From positions 1-50,072 of IMG/VR virus record IMGVR_UViG_3300030099_000111: a stretch of 50,072 bases of DNA; one strand, 5' to 3'. Positions within the stretch are counted from its first letter, which is position 1; each line of letters starts with the position of its first letter. The notes under the pieces were generated by a model. It was not told where the DNA came from, searched no databases, and saw nothing but the letters and a program-made list of their open reading frames with translations. The translations under genes and the position numbers were made by a program. Shown here piece after piece: positions 43,360 through 50,072 of this stretch. Origin of the DNA: a virus. Lineage: Duplodnaviria > Caudoviricetes.

Positions 43360-43818
43360 TTATGTCACCATGTATATTATGAAACCTAGCATTGCTGCCC
43401 CAGTTAGTATTATCAGTATTGAAAGAGTCCAAGTAACTATTGCCTCTTGTATTTCTGCTTTACGATACTCTTGATCTTTCTTTTGTTTACGTATCTTACC
43501 CTCAGTAGCTATAAGCTCATCCCATGCAGATGGCCCCATGCTAAAACTAATCCAATCCTTTAGCTCTTTTCGCATGGCTTCAGCTTTCTTTTTAGCTGTA
43601 AATATAGCCAAAGCTTCTGCTTCAACAGATTGTCCGTTTAGTGCTTTCCACCACGGAGGATTTTTATTTTTCTGTTCTGCGTAGGACAGATCACTCATAG
43701 CACCTGCCCATTGGGTCAACTGTCCTGACATATCTTGTAGATCCTTGCCTACTTGAAAGCCTTTCTTTAGCGCATTAAACGCAACAGTTGCACCACCGAT
43801 AATGGTAACTGGGTCCAC
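43360..43818 (-). CDS. Conserved hypothetical protein with C-terminal TM helix
   Basis: GTG start after GAGAGGA; DPVTII...; hydrophobic C-terminus. Confidence 0.75.
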   Translation of the reverse strand: MDPVTIIGGATVAFNALKKGFQVGKDLQDMSGQLTQWAGAMSDLSYAEQKNKNPPWWKALNGQSVEAEALAIFTAKKKAEAMRKELKDWISFSMGPSAWDELIATEGKIRKQKKDQEYRKAEIQEAIVTWTLSILIILTGAAMLGFIIYMVT

Positions 43819-43845
43819 GAGTCCTCTCCCTACTCTTGGTATGTA

Positions 43846-44091
43846 TTATTTAAACGTCATCCAAACTGCTGTAGCTAAGAATGTTAACACGGCTACGGTT
43901 CCCATCTTTACTGTCGTAGCCCATATGCTTTTCTTAGTGTATCTCCATGCCTCTAACAAACCACGCATATCTCTAATGTCGTTAGCTGCATCTTCATCCT
44001 GTAAACCTATCTCACGCAAAGCTGCAGTCGCACCTTTTTTAGCAGCACGATCTAACATATCCTCTAATTGCTCTGGTGTAATGTCAGCCAT
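43846..44091 (-). CDS. Small membrane protein (DUF6127-like)
   Basis: AAKKGA..AL..IGL.D..A..DI.D.R.LLEAW followed by a TM helix. Confidence 0.7.
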   Translation of the reverse strand: MADITPEQLEDMLDRAAKKGATAALREIGLQDEDAANDIRDMRGLLEAWRYTKKSIWATTVKMGTVAVLTFLATAVWMTFK

Positions 44092-44947
44092 CTGTCTTAT
44101 CCTCTAGTTGTGGTGTGTTTGTTAAAGATGTTTTATCTAGTATATTAAATCCACGACTGTTAGCAAAGTCACCTGGGCAATGCGCCCACTTATCTGCACA
44201 AGCTTCTAGCCACTGCACTGTGTGGTGATGCTCTGGCGCTTTACCTTCTTGTACTATCTTGTTTTCCCACTCTAGGTAAGCAAACACTTCAGCCTGTGCC
44301 TGTGCTGCATTGATACCTAAATCAAACAAGTAAATCATGTTACCCTCATCAATGACACCGTTACGTGGTCTTGCACTGTTGAGTGCTTGCTTCATGCAAG
44401 TCATAATGTGATACTTAATTTCTTCTAGCTCGTAGTCTTCTTCTGTCAGTTCTTCTTTACCTATCTTTTCCATTAGGTTATCGTACTGGTTAGTAAAGAA
44501 GTTTAGTTTACGTACTGCACCCTCAACATAATTACGAGAGCTTGCAGCCTGTGCTTGCTTCTCTGTTATCTTAATCTCTAGCATCTCTTGTTCTAGTGGG
44601 TCAGTCTCTTCTAATAGTTTACGTTCTAGCTTCTTTAGTTTTACTTCATCCTTTTTCATCTTAAAGTAGGACTCTTGTAGCGCAGCCTTAGTTTTCTCTA
44701 TCTCAGCTAGACTGTGCTTAATAGAACGTATAGGTGTGATAGCTGTAACGTCCAGTGTTACACTCATCATCTGTGAGTGAGACTTATAGAAGTTGCTTGA
44801 TGCCTGTCGTATGGCAGGAGCATGTTCTTTAATATTAGCCAACATAGATTTGTATTCAGGCTTTGACATTGGTAGCTGAATGTCTATGTCTTGTGTGACC
44901 AGTTGTGTCTGATCCTCGTTATAAGTTTTTGATAAGTCTCTTAACAT
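44084..44947 (-). CDS. Coiled-coil protein linked to the repeat-protein cluster
   Basis: 287 aa; central coiled coil; AAGGA RBS. Confidence 0.75.
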   Translation of the reverse strand: MLRDLSKTYNEDQTQLVTQDIDIQLPMSKPEYKSMLANIKEHAPAIRQASSNFYKSHSQMMSVTLDVTAITPIRSIKHSLAEIEKTKAALQESYFKMKKDEVKLKKLERKLLEETDPLEQEMLEIKITEKQAQAASSRNYVEGAVRKLNFFTNQYDNLMEKIGKEELTEEDYELEEIKYHIMTCMKQALNSARPRNGVIDEGNMIYLFDLGINAAQAQAEVFAYLEWENKIVQEGKAPEHHHTVQWLEACADKWAHCPGDFANSRGFNILDKTSLTNTPQLEDKTDG

Positions 44948-44961
44948 GTTTTATTTTTTCC

Positions 44962-46002
44962 TTATGCTGCTATACCGCCATGACCGTTGGAACAAGCTGC
45001 AAAACTTTGCAACGCTGCTGTCAAATCTCCAAAGTCCGTAGTATTACCTGTAGTAGTTATTGTTATTTTTTCGATGTTGTTTGTAGTTGACGAATCTGTA
45101 TCACCTCCTGCAATAAGTCCAGTATCACCATGAGAAGTACCTGCAGGATACCATTTTGAAAGTGACATATCTCCAAAGTCTGTTGAGTTACCAGTGCTTG
45201 CTATGGTAATGTAATCTATTACATTTTGTTTGGAACTACCACCATCACCTCCTGCTGTAATGCCTCGTGTATTATTGCTCATACAACATCCTGATCTTCT
45301 TGCAACTGTAAGATTGCCAAAGTCTGATGCATTGCCTGTGCTTGCTATAGTTACATAATCTATAGTGTTATCGCCTTGATAACTACCCCCTGATCCCATG
45401 CTGCAAACAAATCTTGTAGTTGAGGCTGCTGACCTTGTTTCTTGTCTATTTGTAGATAAATCTCCAAAGTCTGTAGCATTTCCTGTGTTAGCTATGGTAA
45501 TATACTCAAGAGTTTTGTAACCCCCTGTATGGTTACCCCCACCACTAATGCCTCTCGTATTACTTCCTGCTGCACCACCGTCATAAAAATCACCTGTTAA
45601 ATTACCGAAGTCAGAAGCATTGCCATCAGTAGCTATTGTAACATACTGTATGACATTCTGATCACCTGATGTAGGTATGCCACCCATAAATACACCTCTA
45701 GTAGTTGATGCGACACCTGCATACAAAAACCTTGCTGCATCAAGATCTCCAAAGTCAGAAGCGTCTCCTGCTGATGAAGGATCTAATTTTTGAATAACAT
45801 TTACTCTAGTGCTTCCAGTATAGCCTCCTGCAAATAAAGCACGAGGGGCTAAGTTAGCTGCATTAGGCCAATTATCACCTTTAGTAAGATCAAAAGCTTC
45901 TTCAAGTGACCACACACCTGATGCTGCACTATTTGTAAGATTGCCATTAGGCACTACTTTAGTAGCAGATATAACGTTAGCTGTGAAGTCTTTAATTGAC
46001 AT
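44962..46002 (-). CDS. Beta-propeller-like repeat protein 3 (TGNAxDFGDL repeats)
   Basis: Seven ~43-aa repeats; GVWSL N-terminal motif. Confidence 0.8.
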   Translation of the reverse strand: MSIKDFTANVISATKVVPNGNLTNSAASGVWSLEEAFDLTKGDNWPNAANLAPRALFAGGYTGSTRVNVIQKLDPSSAGDASDFGDLDAARFLYAGVASTTRGVFMGGIPTSGDQNVIQYVTIATDGNASDFGNLTGDFYDGGAAGSNTRGISGGGNHTGGYKTLEYITIANTGNATDFGDLSTNRQETRSAASTTRFVCSMGSGGSYQGDNTIDYVTIASTGNASDFGNLTVARRSGCCMSNNTRGITAGGDGGSSKQNVIDYITIASTGNSTDFGDMSLSKWYPAGTSHGDTGLIAGGDTDSSTTNNIEKITITTTGNTTDFGDLTAALQSFAACSNGHGGIAA

Positions 46003-46952
46003 TACTGCACCCCTCCGTTGCTGCTAGATGTAGAATCTCTGTATCCTACTGTGGAGTCAAGGTCTCCATAGTCTGTTCCATCACCAGTTGTTGCTATAGT
46101 CATTTGGCTTAAAGTATTAGAACCTGAATGTTGAAATATAGCTAATGTTGCGCTACTTGCAGCCGAACTTTGATTGGGTACGGAAGTGGGTAAATCTCCA
46201 AAATCAGTTGCATTACCAGTGCTTGCAATTGTTACATACTCAACATGAACTTGATTTGAAGCTTGTGGGATTAAACTTCTTACTCCACTTCCACATGCCC
46301 CAAAAGCAGGGCCAGTGTAATTACTATCTCCAAAGTCAGAAGCGTTTCCGTCAGAAGCTATTGTAACATAATCAATAACGTTTCTACTAGAGCTACCATC
46401 AAAACCTCTAAAAAACAAACCTCTTGTTGATGAGGAGTCTGCTGCAAGATTTCTTACAGCGGCACTTAGATCGCCAAAGTCAGACGCATTGCCTGTAGAA
46501 CCTATAGTAATTTTTTGTATTGTATTATAATAAGTAGAGTTGTTAGCATAACCCCCTGCATATAAACCTATTGTAGCACTATTACATGAAGCACCTATAT
46601 GAGGGGTATTTGTTAGATTACCAAAGTCTGTAGCGTTACCTGCATTTGCAATAGTTACATAATCTATAGTATTAACAGGGAAAAAACTTCCAGAGGTAGA
46701 CCCGCCTTGAAAACAAGCTCTTGTTGTTGAGGCGCAACCACTAGGGCTGTGCCTAGCTTGAGTCAAGTCTCCAAAGTCTACTGCGTTTGCTCCCCCTGTA
46801 TTTATGTCTATAGATACAATAGTGTTAATAGCAGTTGAACCATCTAACCCCCCTGCAGATAGCATCCTACCTTGACTTGGAAAAAATATAGGCCAATCTG
46901 ATCTATACTGCAACTGTGTTGTGAGTGACCACACGCCATTAAAGTTAGGCAT
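46002..46952 (-). CDS. Beta-propeller-like repeat protein 2
   Basis: Repeats IDYVTIA..GNA.DFG; GVWSL motif. Confidence 0.8.
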   Translation of the reverse strand: MPNFNGVWSLTTQLQYRSDWPIFFPSQGRMLSAGGLDGSTAINTIVSIDINTGGANAVDFGDLTQARHSPSGCASTTRACFQGGSTSGSFFPVNTIDYVTIANAGNATDFGNLTNTPHIGASCNSATIGLYAGGYANNSTYYNTIQKITIGSTGNASDFGDLSAAVRNLAADSSSTRGLFFRGFDGSSSRNVIDYVTIASDGNASDFGDSNYTGPAFGACGSGVRSLIPQASNQVHVEYVTIASTGNATDFGDLPTSVPNQSSAASSATLAIFQHSGSNTLSQMTIATTGDGTDYGDLDSTVGYRDSTSSSNGGVQ

Positions 46953-46954
46953 AG

Positions 46955-48148
46955 TTAAAGCCCTCCATGTGCGTTAGAACAACCTGCACTATAGCCACCA
47001 TCGTAACCTAAATCTCCATAATCAGTAGCATTACCTGTACTCGCTATTTGTATACTTTCAATCCTATTTTGGGTGGTGCTATTACCTCCAAATAAAGCAA
47101 AGGTGCTATTAGCACATCCTGCAACACCATAACCATTACCAGAGTTTAGATCGCCAAAGTCTGTAGCATTACCTGTGCTAGACATTGTAATATAATCTAT
47201 TTCATTTTTAATTGCACTATTAGTTCCTCCACCTGCAAATACACCTCTAGTAGAGTTACTAGCAGCACCAAGAGAATATCTTGCAACAGTCAAGTCTCCA
47301 AAATCTGTGGCATCAGCACTTGAAGCAAATAGTAAAAAGTCTATAAAATTAAGACTATTGTCGTTATAACCACCGCCAAAAATTGCTCTTGTTTCATTTG
47401 AACACCCTGCTAACTGTGATCTACTAACACTAAGTCCATTTGTATTTACTGCATTACCTGTAGTAGCTATAGTAATATATTCGGCTCTGTTTTCATAGCT
47501 ACCAGTGTCACCTCCTGCGAGAATACCAGTGATGGTGTTAGCAGCAGCACCTTGTTGCTTAGTGGCTTGCGTTGCATTACCAAAATCTTGAGCGTTTCCT
47601 GTTGATGCTATTGTAATGTAGTCTATATCATCAACTCTAGCAACTCCACCTGATTTCTCTCCTGTAGCAAACAAACCTCTTGTTTGAGAAGATAATCCTG
47701 CTTGATTTCTTCTACCTGTGGTTAAATCACCAAAATCAGTAGTTGATCCAGTACTCGCAAAACTCATGTATTCAATATTATTTTGTGGGCCTATTCCACC
47801 TGCAAAGATACCTCTTGGTGCAAAAGGTGAAACACTAGAACTAGCTTCACTTGCAGCAGATGTGCCGTAAGCATTAATAGCCCACACTTTAGCAGTGTAA
47901 GATGTACCGTTAGATAAACTACTCACAACAATAGGGGAAGATGATCCTGTGTTAGAACCTGCACTATAGTTATCACCACTTGAAGCAACCTGTGCAACAA
48001 ACCCTGTTATATCAGATGAGCCTGTATCAGTAGGAGCAGTAAACGCTATACTAATTTCTGTATTACCTGCAGTGGGTGTAACATCTGTGGGTGGATCAGG
48101 TGCATCTGGTCCATCAGTGCCTATAAAACCACCGTTGTATCTGGGCAT
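46955..48148 (-). CDS. FN3 domain + beta-propeller-like repeat protein 1
   Basis: PDPPTDV...LSNGTSYTAKVWAINAYGTS (fibronectin III) then DFGDL repeats. Confidence 0.8.
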   Translation of the reverse strand: MPRYNGGFIGTDGPDAPDPPTDVTPTAGNTEISIAFTAPTDTGSSDITGFVAQVASSGDNYSAGSNTGSSSPIVVSSLSNGTSYTAKVWAINAYGTSAASEASSSVSPFAPRGIFAGGIGPQNNIEYMSFASTGSTTDFGDLTTGRRNQAGLSSQTRGLFATGEKSGGVARVDDIDYITIASTGNAQDFGNATQATKQQGAAANTITGILAGGDTGSYENRAEYITIATTGNAVNTNGLSVSRSQLAGCSNETRAIFGGGYNDNSLNFIDFLLFASSADATDFGDLTVARYSLGAASNSTRGVFAGGGTNSAIKNEIDYITMSSTGNATDFGDLNSGNGYGVAGCANSTFALFGGNSTTQNRIESIQIASTGNATDYGDLGYDGGYSAGCSNAHGGL

Positions 48149-48160
48149 TATTAATTACCT

Positions 48161-48523
48161 TTAGTCTACTAGAAGTTCGTAACTAACCAAGTATGTTAGA
48201 TCACTGTTAGCAGAAGCTGTAACAGCGAGTAGATCTGTTTCGTCTAAATAAAATCCGTTGTCTTTACCTACAACAACTAAAGTTGCATCAGCAGGTACAG
48301 ATATTGTGTTAGCTATCTTAACATAGTTTGATCCGTTATCTACACTTACCTCAACGGTAATGTCAGCAGCATTTGTACCATCTATGTTTGATATCATTAA
48401 CGTGTTTATCTTTGCACAGTTTTCTGCAGGTACATCAACAATGTCTGCTCTACTTGTTGTCACTGCACCAACTGCCACCTTTGGTGTAATAGTTGCTACA
48501 TTAATTATATTTGGAGTTGCCAT
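48161..48523 (-). CDS. Tail-fibre-associated structural protein
   Basis: PNIINVATI, SNIDGTNAADITV, TISVPADATL, VSYE motifs. Confidence 0.7.
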   Translation of the reverse strand: MATPNIINVATITPKVAVGAVTTSRADIVDVPAENCAKINTLMISNIDGTNAADITVEVSVDNGSNYVKIANTISVPADATLVVVGKDNGFYLDETDLLAVTASANSDLTYLVSYELLVD

Positions 48524-48537
48524 TTACCTTTTCCTTT

Positions 48538-50072
48538 TTATCCAAATACTATTGCCATAGCAATAGCAAATCCTTTAGTGGCAGCACTACCTGCTGCATA
48601 AGTTTTTACATCTGATGCTGGAATAGTTTTCATTGTTCCATTATCGTTAACTATAAAACCATCAGCGTCTGCTAGTGTTATTGAACTACCAACAGAAGTA
48701 CCACCATCTATCAAGTTTAGTTCTGCTGCAGTGGCAGTTACAGCAGTTCCGTTTATTGCTAGTTTATCTGTGACAACGTTAAACGTACCATTGTCCTCTA
48801 CCCTAGCTACCTCTGTACCATCTCGTTGTTGAAAGATTATATCTTTAGCATCCACGATAGGTTTAATAATTACATCACTAGATGAGTTAGTGACACTAAG
48901 TATCTCTGTACCTGCAGCAGCAAACTTTACATCACCACCACCTGCGTCTAGTATTATATCACCAGCTACATCAACTGTCAAGTCTCCAGAGCTAAGATCA
49001 ATCTCTGTGCCATCAATTGTTATGTTGTCAACAACTACACCACCGTTGGCTGTAATTTTTGTTGTTGTCAAGTTACCTGTGCTTGGATTGTAGGTTAGAT
49101 CCCCATCCATCTCCAAGCCGACATTGCCTGTGCTAGATGTAGCGTTTTCTACAAATGTAATTAAGTTATCTTCATTTGTATTTTCATTATCTGTGACAAG
49201 AACGTGTGCGGCGTTTGTTGCATCAGTAACAGTAACACCTGCTATAACTGTATTAAGAGCAGTTCCATCTACTGTAATTGCATCTGCCTCAAGTGTGCCG
49301 TCTACATCTACGTTACCAGATATATCTAAAGAAGCTGCTATAAGTTGATCAACCTGTAAGTCCTCGTGATTAGAACCCAGCTTTAACTCAAACTTTGGAC
49401 CTGTAGTATTGTAAGTAAACGTAGCATCATCACCACTACCGCCCTCTATTGTAATACCTGCACCATTAACTACAGCAGATGTACTGTTACCACTATCAAG
49501 AACAATGTTATGATCGTTAAGATTTACAGTGGTAGAGTTTACTGTTACAGTTGTACCCGATACAGTTAAGTCACCTGTAACTGTAAGGTTGTCTGCTACT
49601 GTTACCTCTGAGGTGCTGTGACCTAATGTGATAGCTGTACCAGATATACCAGTACCAATAGATACAGACTCACTGCTGTTAGCCGTATCAATTATAAGAT
49701 AAGCATCTGATCCTTGTTTGATTGTAAATGCAGTGGCTGAGTTATCAGTAACAGCAACGTTAATATCTGTATCATCGGCACTAATAGAGTCTAGTGCAAT
49801 GTCACCAACGTTAGTTATATTGTTATCACCAAAGCTAGTATTGTCACCAAACGTTTTATTTGTTAGTGTATCTGTGGTGGTCTTACCTACTAATGTATCT
49901 GTAGTGGCAGGTAATGTTAGTGTTATGTTTCCACTAAATGCTGAGTGAGCAGGAGCTTGTAGTTGAGCATAGTGTGCGTTAGAAGATTCACAATAAAATC
50001 TAACATATGATTGTGCTCCAGAGTTTTTAATAGAGATAGCACCTGACTGCATATCAATACCGTTAGAACCAT
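48538..50072 (-). CDS. Tail fibre protein (5'-truncated by the window)
   Basis: Frame open to the window edge; Thr/Gly/Asp-rich; TDTLTNKT, VTATAAELN, C-terminal KGFAIAMAIVFG. Confidence 0.8.
   Translation of the reverse strand, partial: GSNGIDMQSGAISIKNSGAQSYVRFYCESSNAHYAQLQAPAHSAFSGNITLTLPATTDTLVGKTTTDTLTNKTFGDNTSFGDNNITNVGDIALDSISADDTDINVAVTDNSATAFTIKQGSDAYLIIDTANSSESVSIGTGISGTAITLGHSTSEVTVADNLTVTGDLTVSGTTVTVNSTTVNLNDHNIVLDSGNSTSAVVNGAGITIEGGSGDDATFTYNTTGPKFELKLGSNHEDLQVDQLIAASLDISGNVDVDGTLEADAITVDGTALNTVIAGVTVTDATNAAHVLVTDNENTNEDNLITFVENATSSTGNVGLEMDGDLTYNPSTGNLTTTKITANGGVVVDNITIDGTEIDLSSGDLTVDVAGDIILDAGGGDVKFAAAGTEILSVTNSSSDVIIKPIVDAKDIIFQQRDGTEVARVEDNGTFNVVTDKLAINGTAVTATAAELNLIDGGTSVGSSITLADADGFIVNDNGTMKTIPASDVKTYAAGSAATKGFAIAMAIVFG

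Noticed and set aside
44962-48148. Diversity-generating retroelement acting on the repeat proteins
   Set aside because: No reverse transcriptase and no near-identical template/variable repeat pair differing at adenines was seen.
105-49948. Numerous antisense ORFs in the track (e.g. 2922..3380, 23300..23959, 40175..40684)
   Set aside because: They lie opposite well-supported genes, lack RBSs and have shadow-frame composition.
1-50072. Alternative genetic code, introns or inteins, phage RNA polymerase
   Set aside because: Core genes are full-length under the standard code with no unexplained insertions apart from the PolA zinc finger; no RNAP motifs were seen in the window.

Overview
Most of a marine podovirus genome (AT-rich), best matching HMO-2011-type phages (Zobellviridae-like). 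Diagnostic signs are a family A DNA polymerase with a DnaJ-type CxxCxGxG zinc-finger insertion, a tyrosine integrase ahead of separate primase and helicase genes, and a class II (B12-dependent) ribonucleotide reductase. A DUF1127 gene and an SLRPKARP motif point to an alphaproteobacterial, probably roseobacter, host. Layout: minus-strand head and packaging arm (1-12732: capsid, scaffold, portal, terminase, many small basic proteins); a ~1.3 kb non-coding divergent control region (12733-14001) with palindromic repeats, promoters and a structured RNA leader; plus-strand early and replication arm (14002-30641); a convergent terminator hairpin; minus-strand internal virion, lysis and tail/receptor genes (30676-50072). 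The best leads are: (i) a candidate head cargo-processing or targeting system, with a DDIP-x-M-x-S-xx-EF domain protein between portal and scaffold and [MFY]xxGG motifs in several virion-arm proteins; (ii) an unannotated DUF1127 gene whose start codon is locked by a perfect 16-bp hairpin; (iii) a multi-helix ncRNA in the early leader; (iv) micro-ORFs missed by the ORF track, including an ArfA-like peptide and an SSB-tail mimic. All family calls come from motif recognition by eye; no searches were run.
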